Of a DNA stretch of 33,636 bases, positions 17,036 through 26,080 are shown in pieces. The notes under the pieces are model-generated. The model was not told the DNA's origin. It saw only the letters and a list, made by a program, of their open reading frames with translations, and did no database searches. The position numbers and the translations under genes were made by a program. Each line of letters starts with the position of its first letter. The first letter of the stretch is position 1. The DNA lies in IMG/VR virus record IMGVR_UViG_3300032320_000493, positions 1-33,636 of that record; one strand, 5' to 3'. The DNA comes from a virus. Lineage: Duplodnaviria > Caudoviricetes.

Positions 17036-17439
17036 GCTTTATCCTTAGTAATAGGCCCACCAGATTTCCATGCGTCACAAGTACGGGCCGCTGCACAAGT
17101 GAATTGAAACAAGTCGCAATATCCAAGGTCTGCCGCCTTGATGAACTGCTGGTCATAGGACAAGCCTTCTTCATCTTTCTCAAGACCTTGCGTGATACAG
17201 GCCATCATCTTGGGAGTCTGGATGAATGCAGCGCAGTTACCGCAAAGCATCCCTTTAATTGAGTCTGTAGGCGAGTTATACATCTTGGCTTTCTTTAGCC
17301 AAAACGCATCATTTGCCTCATTGGGATTAGGAGGGCCATAGCCGTACTCTTTGAAGGCATTGTTCCTGTTTTTCAGGTTAATAGTGATGTCCTGCGTAGA
17401 AACAGGGCAAACCACACCAGAAAGCAGACCTTCTTTCAC
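17032..17439 (-). CDS. Cys-rich protein with HiPIP-like metal-binding motif
   Basis: CGNCAAF...GYCDLF-x9-CDAW. Confidence 0.6.
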   Translation of the reverse strand: MKEGLLSGVVCPVSTQDITINLKNRNNAFKEYGYGPPNPNEANDAFWLKKAKMYNSPTDSIKGMLCGNCAAFIQTPKMMACITQGLEKDEEGLSYDQQFIKAADLGYCDLFQFTCAAARTCDAWKSGGPITKDKA

Positions 17440-17639
17440 CGTAATACCTTAGTGGCAAAAAAAGTGATAGCGCCACCAATGGCAGATGCTATGGACATTC
17501 CGACCCAAAGGCCACCTTTGCTTTGGTTCGCCATCTCAAGAAGTGTTTTCACATCTCTTGATAATTGAGAAACCTGTTCATGTAGAGCTTCTACCTGGGC
17601 TTCTAGCTTGCCAAATTCTCTTGCACTAATCTCGGTCAT
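17436..17639 (-). CDS. Small coiled-coil plus C-terminal TM protein (holin/XhlA-like architecture)
   Basis: Heptad N-terminus, KGG, then hydrophobic segment. Confidence 0.65.
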   Translation of the reverse strand: MTEISAREFGKLEAQVEALHEQVSQLSRDVKTLLEMANQSKGGLWVGMSIASAIGGAITFFATKVLR

Positions 17640-17805
17640 GCTCTTGCACCTTTTTAGGACGGCCTACAGATTTTTTAACGTCTTCTTGTTTTAAGGACTC
17701 TTCTTCGACAAGTTCATATTCAGGATGCTGCATCATCACATCAATGTCGTATTGAACATTGAAGTTGACAAAATTACCACTTACCAGACACTTGAACTTA
17801 GCCAT
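17626..17805 (-). CDS. Hypothetical protein with GRPKK motif
   Basis: AAGGA RBS before MAKFKC. Confidence 0.7.
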   Translation of the reverse strand: MAKFKCLVSGNFVNFNVQYDIDVMMQHPEYELVEEESLKQEDVKKSVGRPKKVQEHDRD

Positions 17806-17816
17806 AAAAATCCTTG

Positions 17817-17843
17817 AAACAAGAAAGGGGAGCAAGCCCCCCT
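17817..17843 (-). terminator. Intrinsic terminator
   Basis: Minus strand GGGGGG-CTTG-CTCCCC then TTTCTTGTTT. Confidence 0.6.
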
Positions 17844-17847
17844 ATCT

Positions 17848-18171
17848 TTACACCATTCGTGCAATAACCAAATCAAGCGTAGTTGACGCAATGTCAACAG
17901 AGCCGCCAGTTGTATTGGTAGTAGCGATTGTCACGGTATTGGCAGCAGAAACATAAGCACGGCGAACTAGCCCAGCCTCGCTTACAGCAACAGACATACC
18001 CAAAACCATATCGCCAAGAGCAACACCAGGGACGGTCACTGTATCAGTTGCAGCGCCTCCAGTGGAAATAGAGGCGGAATCTAGAGTTGCGGTAACAGAC
18101 CAAGTGTCAGAAAAAATACCACGAAATTGGTCATTTCCACGGCGGGAAACAACAGCGGTAGCAGCAGCCAT
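17848..18171 (-). CDS. Putative capsid decoration protein
   Basis: Directly after the capsid gene; T/V/A-rich beta pattern; AAGGAG RBS. Confidence 0.65.
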   Translation of the reverse strand: MAAATAVVSRRGNDQFRGIFSDTWSVTATLDSASISTGGAATDTVTVPGVALGDMVLGMSVAVSEAGLVRRAYVSAANTVTIATTNTTGGSVDIASTTLDLVIARMV

Positions 18172-18184
18172 ATTTGTACTCCTT

Positions 18185-18216
18185 AAGAAAGAACCCCCCA
18201 CCGTTAGGCAGGGGGA
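18185..18216 (-). terminator. Intrinsic terminator after the major capsid gene
   Basis: Minus strand CCCCCTGCC-TAAC-GGTGGGGGG then TTCTTTCTT. Confidence 0.7.
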
Positions 18217-18222
18217 TTACCA

Positions 18223-19200
18223 TTAGCTTGGTACGACCAGGGCGTAGGCTGCGGACGAGTTAGGCTCGCCAGCGGTGGCGCTATCACGCAGAGCTTTCAC
18301 GCCGTACAGAGTATCGGCGGTCAGCAACGTAGCAAGGTACTCTTGCTTGTACTGAGTCTGAGTGCGAACACCAACTTGCTCAACCAACACCAAAGCGTCT
18401 TTGTGGCCCATCAAGCAGACACGGGCAATTGCAGTGCCGCTTGCAGGGAACGCAGCGGTAGCAGATGCAGAGTCAGCGTTGCTGGTAGCAAAAACAGCCA
18501 TGCCGTACAGTTGACCAATTTCGCCATTACGAATTGCATCACCATTGCCCACAAAAGCCTGCTCGGTGTAACGGGCAAGGCCCATCAACGTATTGCGGCT
18601 AGAAGGAGGAATGATAAAGAAACGACCGTCCATAGGAACATCGTTATCGTCCAGGCGCTGGATGGTGCGGCGGATAGCCACATCAGTCAGAGCAGAGGCG
18701 TTACCAGTGTTGGTATTGGCAGAGTAGTCAAAAGTGGTAGTGCCATCGCCGCCAATGTAAGCAGCAGTGTAGCGGGCGCTTCCAGCAGTACCGCCGTTGA
18801 AGTTACGACCAAGTTGAACCAAATCGCTATCAATTTGTTTCGCTAGAGCATAACCAGCATCAGAGGTATAGAACGAGCGCAGGCTATTCAGAGCTTGTGC
18901 CTCAACGATGTCCTCAATCAAGCGGCTATATTCATAGTGCTTGTTGATGGAAACATCAACGGTAGTCTCAGTAGCTGCAATCAGGGTAACAGCAGTGCTT
19001 GCTGCTTTAGCAGAAGCAGTACCACGATAAGGCGCAGGCAGGTGAACGGTATCACCTTTCTTGCCTTTGAAATTCATCTTCGTAACCAGATTAGCCAGAA
19101 CAAGATTCTTCTTGTAGGCCGCAACGATTTCATCAGACCAAATCTCAGGGATAAAGGTATTAGCGGTGGTTGTTGTAACCGCTGGTGTAGGAAATGCCAT
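18223..19200 (-). CDS. Major capsid protein (P22 coat-like, HK97 fold)
   Basis: FIPEIWS, KGDTVHLP, AGYALAKQID, LDDNDVP and DTLYGV motifs; follows scaffold. Confidence 0.9.
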   Translation of the reverse strand: MAFPTPAVTTTTANTFIPEIWSDEIVAAYKKNLVLANLVTKMNFKGKKGDTVHLPAPYRGTASAKAASTAVTLIAATETTVDVSINKHYEYSRLIEDIVEAQALNSLRSFYTSDAGYALAKQIDSDLVQLGRNFNGGTAGSARYTAAYIGGDGTTTFDYSANTNTGNASALTDVAIRRTIQRLDDNDVPMDGRFFIIPPSSRNTLMGLARYTEQAFVGNGDAIRNGEIGQLYGMAVFATSNADSASATAAFPASGTAIARVCLMGHKDALVLVEQVGVRTQTQYKQEYLATLLTADTLYGVKALRDSATAGEPNSSAAYALVVPS

Positions 19201-19226
19201 GTTAATTCTCCAAAATCAAAAGTTAG

Positions 19227-19967
19227 TTACTTGACCCGTCCCTCTGCGTATGCGGTCATGATTTCATCACTTAGCGCATCGTAGCGAGATGGGTCGGTCA
19301 TCTTCAGCCGAATCAGGTCAGCCCTTCGGTAAACCTTCTTTGAACTCTCTCCAGTTCCGCCTGTATCGACTGCTGCGGCTTTCATGCTATTGGCCCTAGC
19401 TGTTTGACCAGCTTGTTCGGCTTGCTTAGTCTTCACGCCACGCAACTCTTTATAGGTAGAAATCAGTTCGTTAGCCGAATCAAAATCAAACTCACCATCT
19501 GCCTTCGCATACAGCCCCAAGCGAACAGGTGAAGATTTCACCCAATTCACAAAGTTCTGGTCTTGTGCAACTTGCACAAAATCAGGATGTGCCTGCGATA
19601 ACTTCTGCTGAATCTGAGCCTTCTTGAACTCGATACCTGCTTGTCGAGCAGCTACCACATCAGGATGGCTATCAATCGTCTTCTGAACTGCCTTCTGTGG
19701 ATTCTCAAAGAAATCTACTTCTGGCTCATCCTCTTTGACATATTGCTGCTTAGAAGAAAGGTTTTGCTTAATTAGCTCATCTGCAAGTTTCCGCACTTCG
19801 CCAACTTCTTGTGCCTGCTTTCCAATAAGCCTTTCAGCTTCCTGGTGCATTCTCACAATGTCCTCTAAACTTTTGTCCCTGTATTTATCAGGAAGTTCAT
19901 GGGCCTGTTGCTTAGTCTCTTCAACTTCTAACTCGCCAAGCGTCTCGTCTTCTTTGTCAATCAACAT
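19227..19967 (-). CDS. Capsid scaffolding protein
   Basis: LPDKYRDKS motif; coiled coil; C-terminal AYAEGRVK; precedes capsid. Confidence 0.8.
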   Translation of the reverse strand: MLIDKEDETLGELEVEETKQQAHELPDKYRDKSLEDIVRMHQEAERLIGKQAQEVGEVRKLADELIKQNLSSKQQYVKEDEPEVDFFENPQKAVQKTIDSHPDVVAARQAGIEFKKAQIQQKLSQAHPDFVQVAQDQNFVNWVKSSPVRLGLYAKADGEFDFDSANELISTYKELRGVKTKQAEQAGQTARANSMKAAAVDTGGTGESSKKVYRRADLIRLKMTDPSRYDALSDEIMTAYAEGRVK

Positions 19968-20020
19968 ATCGTTTCCTTTTCCTGCCGTACTTTCGGTTGT
20001 AGGAGATTAACGCGACACTT

Positions 20021-20254
20021 TCATGTTTGTGCGTTAGCTTTGCGCTCAGATTTTAGCTTGTCAGTGTGGCTTTTAGGAAATCTCCCATATGCAGAGGGGA
20101 AACTTCCAGACCATCCTTCCAACCTAAATGCTGGAGCAGAGAGTGCGCGAACCGCTAGTTCACCACACTCACATTGGACATTTACCGCCTCATAAGTGGT
20201 AAATTTCTCAAACTTTTGCCCGCATTTGCAGGCGTAATCATACATTCTTTTCAT
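20021..20254 (-). CDS. FmdB-like zinc-ribbon protein
   Basis: YDYACKCGQKFE...CECG...SAPAFRLEGW. Confidence 0.75.
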   Translation of the reverse strand: MKRMYDYACKCGQKFEKFTTYEAVNVQCECGELAVRALSAPAFRLEGWSGSFPSAYGRFPKSHTDKLKSERKANAQT

Positions 20255-20477
20255 TCAATTCCTCGTATGCAGTCTCACTGGCCTCTTTCAAGGTTTTCAG
20301 CCAAGTAAGAATTGAAAGTTCACCTTTTTTGAATTGTAGGTCTTTTTCGTCAGAAACTGTTGCAATGTTGTTTATTGAAGCAATAATTTTATCAACATCT
20401 TCAATTAAGTCTTTCCAGCCATCCATTGAGAACAAATTAAATCTGTCCTCATAGTATTTTTGAAGTTCAGGCGTCAT
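20238..20477 (-). CDS. Conserved head-region hypothetical protein
   Basis: Helical ORF, GWKDL...FKKGEL pattern. Confidence 0.75.
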   Translation of the reverse strand: MTPELQKYYEDRFNLFSMDGWKDLIEDVDKIIASINNIATVSDEKDLQFKKGELSILTWLKTLKEASETAYEELNEKNV

Positions 20478-20480
20478 TGG

Positions 20481-20693
20481 TTACGCAGATGCAGTCTGCA
20501 GTGGGGTTAGGTCTTCCGTAGTCCAGAAGTCTTTCTCCAGCATGATTTTCAAATGCTCTTTGTTGCGAGACAGGCAGTCCGCCCAATCTGCATCGCTCAT
20601 GTATTCAGGCTGGCCCCCGTTGATGAGGGCTACGCTGTCCATAGCGGCGCTGTAGTGCTGGGCAATTTGCTCGGCGGTGATTTCAATTTCCAT
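20481..20693 (-). CDS. Small fibre-associated protein
   Basis: AAGGAG RBS before MEIEIT; follows the fibre gene. Confidence 0.65.
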   Translation of the reverse strand: MEIEITAEQIAQHYSAAMDSVALINGGQPEYMSDADWADCLSRNKEHLKIMLEKDFWTTEDLTPLQTASA

Positions 20694-20703
20694 GATTAAC
20701 TCC

Positions 20704-22524
20704 TTACTTAGATTCAAGTGCCGCAATACGGGCGGTTAGGGAAATGATGAGAGCCTGCTGCTCTTGGATTGCTTTTGCAAGTAGTGCAACCATGTTGCCA
20801 TAAGCTAAAGCGTCAGGGCTTCCATCATCTGCGTATTGCACAAATTCGGTTAACCCTAGCGCATCTATTTCCTCTGCAATAAAGCCGCCAAAAACAGCAT
20901 CTCCATTAAATTCTGATTTACTCTTAAATGTTACCGAGCGCAATTTAAGAACATCGGCAAGGCCATGTGTTGCGTCTTGCACATCTTTCTTGTATTTCAA
21001 AGATGATGTAGAGCGTCCTATAAATCCATCGGAGCCTACATAGACGTTTGCAGCGGCGGCATTGGTTGTTGCATAAACAGATGGGACAAATAAAACCCCG
21101 TCATTTCTAAAATGTTGGCGCACAGTGCCATCACCGTCCGACAGCACAATGAAGTTGCTGCCAGTAGCAGAGATGGGAGCAGCAGAGCCGCCGTAGCTTC
21201 CGATAATGACGTTGCTGGAACCTGTAGTTATATCCTGACCTGATAACCGCCCAACAAAAAGATTAGCGGCTCCAGTTGTAACCCTATACCCAGCTTGAAA
21301 ACCCACAGCGGTGTTGTTCTCGGCAGTAGTGCTGGTATTTAGAGCTTGTTGTCCCACTGCTGTATTGTTACTACCAGTGGTATTTAAGTAAAGAGCCCGA
21401 TAACCCAGCGCGGCATTGGATGCTCCAGTGGTATTGCTATAACCAGCCTGATACCCCATAGCCGTGTTGTTGTTGGCGGTGGTGTTGGAGTAGAGGGCTT
21501 GATAGCCAATAGCGGTGTGATTAGTTCCAGTGGTATTGCTGTACCCAGCCTGATACCCCACAGCCGTGTTGTTGTTGGCGGTGGTGTTGGCAGAAAGAGC
21601 GTAATACCCAAGAGCCGTGTTATTGCCTCCAGTCGTATTTGTATCTAACGCAAGCGTACCAACAGCGGTGTTATTAGAGGCTGTTGTGATAGCCCGTAAT
21701 GCCCGCAAACCTACACCAACATTTTGATTACCCGTTGTAATGTTGTAAAGCGCCGATGCGCCAACCGCCGTATTTTCAGCAGACGTTGTTCCGTACAACA
21801 TTGCGCCAGCACCAACCGCCGTGTTTCTTGCGCCCGTGGTATTTAATTGAAGCGCAGCAGTGCCAACGGCAACAAGTTCAGTGCCTGTAGTGTTGGAGTT
21901 GGCTGCGTTGTGTCCAATTGCTACATTGCCCCCAACGGTACTGTTGTAGAGTGTAGATGAACCAATTGCAATATTTTGTGTGCCTGTTACGTTGGTGTAA
22001 AGGGCGTTTGCTCCTACAGCTATGTTTGTTGTACCTGTAGTATTTTTATTTAGAGCAGCCGAACCAATTGCTACATTGGCATCTCCTGTAGTATTTGCTG
22101 CTAACGCACTCGCACCAACCGCCGTGTTATTGGAAATAGCACCAGCGCCTCGGCCTACGGTGAGTCCTTCAATTGACCCAGCACCCGTAGCCGTAAGCGT
22201 TGACGATGCAGTAAGCGTAGTGAATGCTCCAGCCGCAGGAGTCGTTGCGCCTACAGTGCCGTTAATGTTGATGGATGCTGTTCCTGTCAGGTTGGTAACC
22301 ACACCGGAGGCTGGAGTGCCTAATGCTGGAGTAGTTAAAACTGGGCTGGTCAGCGTCTTGTTAGTCAGCGTATCTGTAGTGGCCCGACCAACCAGGGTAT
22401 CTGTAGCCGCTGGCAGCGTAAGAGTTGTAGTGCCAGCTACCGCAGTCGCCTGCAACGTAGTAGTGCCTGACGTTGACCCAGAGATGTCAATTGCATTTTG
22501 TTTAAGCGTGACTGTAGTTGCCAT
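20704..22524 (-). CDS. Tail fibre / receptor-binding protein with 17-aa beta-roll repeats and C-terminal S74 intramolecular chaperone
   Basis: Repeats NTA[VI]GxxALxxNTTGxx; SSLKYKKDV..GFIAEEI..LLAKAIQEQQ coiled coil. Confidence 0.88.
   Translation of the reverse strand: MATTVTLKQNAIDISGSTSGTTTLQATAVAGTTTLTLPAATDTLVGRATTDTLTNKTLTSPVLTTPALGTPASGVVTNLTGTASININGTVGATTPAAGAFTTLTASSTLTATGAGSIEGLTVGRGAGAISNNTAVGASALAANTTGDANVAIGSAALNKNTTGTTNIAVGANALYTNVTGTQNIAIGSSTLYNSTVGGNVAIGHNAANSNTTGTELVAVGTAALQLNTTGARNTAVGAGAMLYGTTSAENTAVGASALYNITTGNQNVGVGLRALRAITTASNNTAVGTLALDTNTTGGNNTALGYYALSANTTANNNTAVGYQAGYSNTTGTNHTAIGYQALYSNTTANNNTAMGYQAGYSNTTGASNAALGYRALYLNTTGSNNTAVGQQALNTSTTAENNTAVGFQAGYRVTTGAANLFVGRLSGQDITTGSSNVIIGSYGGSAAPISATGSNFIVLSDGDGTVRQHFRNDGVLFVPSVYATTNAAAANVYVGSDGFIGRSTSSLKYKKDVQDATHGLADVLKLRSVTFKSKSEFNGDAVFGGFIAEEIDALGLTEFVQYADDGSPDALAYGNMVALLAKAIQEQQALIISLTARIAALESK
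21424..21590. repeat. 65-bp direct repeat (21424-21488 / 21526-21590), three mismatches
   Basis: Offset of 102 nt equals two 17-aa repeat units. Confidence 0.85.
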
Positions 22525-22535
22525 GATTCGTCCTA

Positions 22536-24050
22536 TTAAGGTGTGTTATTCGCGGAGATGTTGGAAAGCGCAGTAATCACTCCAGCAGAAGTCATGGACG
22601 CGATTGTAGTAGCACCGTACTTAAACAGCAATTTCCCGCCTGACTCAACAATAGAAAAGTTTGTTGTTGCAACAGAGCCTGCGCTGCCAGTAGTGTTTTG
22701 ATTTAGCGTTGGAATGCTCGCCCAAGTTGGCGTTACTCCAGTTCCAGAAGAGGTTAAAACTTGCCCAGATGTTCCTTGGCTGCCATCAAAACTTGTTGTT
22801 CCCGTGACACTCAAATCAATAAAACTGCCATTTTTTGGAGTTGTAGCTCCAATTGTCATGTTGTCCATTGTGCCGACATTGATAGGAGCAATCTCTATTG
22901 CACCCGTTCCAGTTGGCTTCATGTGGACATGGCCCGTCCCAGTTGGGCTGATGTCAATCTGCGCGTTTGACCCGTTTATATTGGTCGAAACATTGACTGA
23001 AACATTGTCTCCGCCGCCGCCGCCCATGCTGATTTGGGTTGTGCCAGCAGAGTTTTTTAACGACAAACCAGCAGAATTTGTGGCCTGAACTGCTGCTGTT
23101 GTAAGACTTGTAAGCGTTGCTGTGCCGCCAGTAATAGCTACAGAAGTGGCATTTTGAGTAGACATCGTGCCAAGTCCACTGATGTCTGTATTACTTAGTG
23201 TTACAGCACCAGTACGGCCTGCTACTGATGTAACTAAATCCGTTGTATCAATCTTTTGCCAAGCAGAGCCGTTGTATAACAGCCAATCGCCCATGACCCA
23301 ATCTGTTATCCCATTTAGATTTGTAGAGCCAGAAGTGCCAACAATATAGTAGTAGCCCTGTGTCCCAGTGCTAGATGCAAGGGTTGGTGTGTTTGTAGAT
23401 GCATTCCAAGTTCCTTGGTAGCTTATTCCACCAGTTACAGATGCCCATGAAAGAGTAGAGCCATTAGTGGTCAAATACTTGCCACTATTCCCTGTTTGGC
23501 TAGGAATAAGTGCAGTTATCTGAGCTTGCAGGCTTGCAATAGAGTCAAGAACTGACTGAGAAGTGCCGCCACCATTGGTGATGACCTTAATCTTCTCCGC
23601 AACATCCATTGGCACGACTTCGCCAGCATTAATTTCTGTGCCATCGCTTAGAACAATGGTCAGGCTGCCATCAAAGTCAACAAAGGCACTTACAACGCTT
23701 ACGCCAGCAGCACCATCAGCACCATCAGCGCCATTTGCACCCATTGGGCCAGTAGCGCCATCTTTTCCATCACGCCCAGGTGCGCCATCTTTGCCATTGC
23801 GCCCATCTTTCCCGTCTTTGCCGTTAGAAAGTGAGTTTGCTTTGGACTGAATCGTGCCGTTTAGCTCATCAAAACGTGCCTCAAGGTCTGTCTTGATTTT
23901 TTTCAAGCCTTTGATGACAGCTTCTACGCTTTTGCCAATGCTCTCACTACGCGCCTGATTAACCTTCTGAGATGCAGCATTTTGCAACGCAACAGCCATT
24001 GCCATCTGCTCTTCAGCAGACATTTTGCTTACTTCTTCAAGAATGCTCAT
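22536..24050 (-). CDS. Collagen-repeat fibre-like structural protein
   Basis: Coiled coil, about 13 GXY triplets, YQGTWNASTNTPTL domain, T/S/G-rich C-terminus. Confidence 0.75.
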   Translation of the reverse strand: MSILEEVSKMSAEEQMAMAVALQNAASQKVNQARSESIGKSVEAVIKGLKKIKTDLEARFDELNGTIQSKANSLSNGKDGKDGRNGKDGAPGRDGKDGATGPMGANGADGADGAAGVSVVSAFVDFDGSLTIVLSDGTEINAGEVVPMDVAEKIKVITNGGGTSQSVLDSIASLQAQITALIPSQTGNSGKYLTTNGSTLSWASVTGGISYQGTWNASTNTPTLASSTGTQGYYYIVGTSGSTNLNGITDWVMGDWLLYNGSAWQKIDTTDLVTSVAGRTGAVTLSNTDISGLGTMSTQNATSVAITGGTATLTSLTTAAVQATNSAGLSLKNSAGTTQISMGGGGGDNVSVNVSTNINGSNAQIDISPTGTGHVHMKPTGTGAIEIAPINVGTMDNMTIGATTPKNGSFIDLSVTGTTSFDGSQGTSGQVLTSSGTGVTPTWASIPTLNQNTTGSAGSVATTNFSIVESGGKLLFKYGATTIASMTSAGVITALSNISANNTP

Positions 24051-26080
24051 TACTGCAATTCCGTAGTGATGCGGTTAAGGAAGTCTTGTTCCATTTTTGA
24101 GTTTTTATCCTGCATCTGCAACTCAACAATCTTGGACTTGTTCTTGATGTCAGCCTCTTTGAGCATCAATTCAGCGATTTTTACACGCTTATCGAACTCA
24201 ACTTGATTGGCATCGGACTGCTGAGGAAGGTTTTTCGTAGCAGCAGCCAGTGCTTTTGCTTGTAATTCCTGCGGCATAAGCTGCGCTTCAGTGTTTAGCT
24301 TGTTGGCCTCTGCGCGATTCTGCTCTGCCTGAGTCGTGTTGACCGCAATCTGGGCTTGAGCAGCCTGAAGAGCCAATTGCGTCTTCATTTGCTCCATTTG
24401 CTGCGCCTGCGGGTCAGCTTGGCTCATTTGGTCAAGGGCCGCAATCATCTCAAAGCGATTACTCAGGCTGGAATTCTGGATGATACCCTTCAAAATGATA
24501 GGCAGAACAGGTGTATTCGGGCCAAGAGTCTGTAGCAGGCCGATAAACTGCTGCTGCTCATGCTCACGGGCAATGATGCCCAGCGTAGCAGTCGGCAAAA
24601 AGTTCATGTCCACAGAGGGATAACGCTCTGGGTCGAACTGCATGAAGCGGAAAGCAGCCTTGTTGATGAACGGAATGAGGAAATCCTCTTGGAAGTTCAC
24701 CAAAGTGCGCTTGTATCGCTTGATGATGGACGCAACAGCCATCGACATACCGCCTTGGCCCATGTCACGCGCACCATTGGACACCATTCCTTGCGAATCC
24801 AGCGTTCCAGTGCTTTGCAGCAGCATACGCTCAAAGTCTTTGGCGGTGGCTAGGTTGTTGCCATCCGTATTGCCAAACTTGAACGGCATCAAAATCTCTG
24901 ATGGGTTGCCATTTGTCAGGAAAGCCTTTCCAGGCTTGACTTCAAACTTAGCTCCACGTGGCAGACGAGTCGCATCTACCGCAATCATGGGTGATGTCGT
25001 TAATGCCAACGAGTCTAAGTGGCTGCGAACCTGTGCGTCAATAGCTTTCTGCATATTGAACGCTTTTTCCACAGTGCCACGACCCAGCAAGCGATTCGGA
25101 ACCGTATCATCTTGATAAGCCAAGACGGGGCGGTCTTTCATCATGTATGGGTTTTCTTCTGCTTTGAGCAGCAACCCATTGTTCGCAATGACTACGATTG
25201 CCTCTACCATGTCTTGGTATTCTTCAGCAACAGAGTCTTCAGGGAACAAGACTTCAACTTCCTCATTCACCTTCTTGAGGTACTCTCGCGGAACCAGACC
25301 GTAGTAGGTCAGAAGCACTACTTTTTCATCTTGGAACTGCACAACTTCTTGAGTTGGCTCAAGGTCTGTGTCATCATAGGTCGGCGTGATGTTGACCTTG
25401 CGATAGATGCCACGCTCAATACCACGCACAATTTTGTGGATAGAGACATATTTCTCAATGGCAACGCCCATGCAGTCATCGACCGATGTCCCGTTCGGGT
25501 CAAAAAGGAAATTTTTAGGGTTAACAGGGACAATCTTTACCCCAACGCGCTCTTTTTCGATAACGCCAATGGCGGCTTGCCCTGGTTGACCTGGAATCGG
25601 CTGGGTAGAAGGAATGAACTCCTTTTCCATGCTGACAACGATTTCACCGATGCCAGTGCCATAGATTTCAGCCATTAGCTCAATCTGGTCAATAGACTTG
25701 CGGATTTTGTCCTTCTTGAAGTCTTCCATCATCTGCGCCTTGAGCGCAGCAACATCAAGCGGAGTGCCGTTCACATCCTTGATGTCATCCTCAATGTCAA
25801 AGAACTCGCCCTGACCAAAGATGGCTTCCATGATTTCCGCATGGCGCGTCTCGACTGCTTGCTGAGTAGCAGGAGTCACGATACGGCTACGCTCAGAGTC
25901 ACGGGTTTTGTCTTCAGCAGCCCATTCGCCACGGAAGATACGCTCGTACTCTAGGTAGTCATCAAGAAAGTTGGTGTTACGATAATCACGCCAGCGGTCG
26001 CAGTGGTCGGTGATAAAAGCGACTAACTCCTTGTCTTCGGGAGTCGGCTCATCGAAATCGTTTTGGTCAAGTTTTGCCAT
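24050..26080 (-). CDS. Portal protein
   Basis: 676 aa directly after TerL; YGTGIG; FLFDP; Q-rich C-terminal helical barrel as in P22-type portals. Confidence 0.88.
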   Translation of the reverse strand: MAKLDQNDFDEPTPEDKELVAFITDHCDRWRDYRNTNFLDDYLEYERIFRGEWAAEDKTRDSERSRIVTPATQQAVETRHAEIMEAIFGQGEFFDIEDDIKDVNGTPLDVAALKAQMMEDFKKDKIRKSIDQIELMAEIYGTGIGEIVVSMEKEFIPSTQPIPGQPGQAAIGVIEKERVGVKIVPVNPKNFLFDPNGTSVDDCMGVAIEKYVSIHKIVRGIERGIYRKVNITPTYDDTDLEPTQEVVQFQDEKVVLLTYYGLVPREYLKKVNEEVEVLFPEDSVAEEYQDMVEAIVVIANNGLLLKAEENPYMMKDRPVLAYQDDTVPNRLLGRGTVEKAFNMQKAIDAQVRSHLDSLALTTSPMIAVDATRLPRGAKFEVKPGKAFLTNGNPSEILMPFKFGNTDGNNLATAKDFERMLLQSTGTLDSQGMVSNGARDMGQGGMSMAVASIIKRYKRTLVNFQEDFLIPFINKAAFRFMQFDPERYPSVDMNFLPTATLGIIAREHEQQQFIGLLQTLGPNTPVLPIILKGIIQNSSLSNRFEMIAALDQMSQADPQAQQMEQMKTQLALQAAQAQIAVNTTQAEQNRAEANKLNTEAQLMPQELQAKALAAATKNLPQQSDANQVEFDKRVKIAELMLKEADIKNKSKIVELQMQDKNSKMEQDFLNRITTELQ

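Noticed and set aside
21424-21590. Fibre repeat pair as a diversity-generating retroelement TR/VR
   Set aside because: No reverse transcriptase; both copies are in-frame within one repeat shaft; coding-strand mismatches are not restricted to adenines
24560-25678. Long + strand ORFs opposite the portal (also opposite capsid, fibre and MTase genes)
   Set aside because: No RBS or motifs; explained by codon bias of the sense genes
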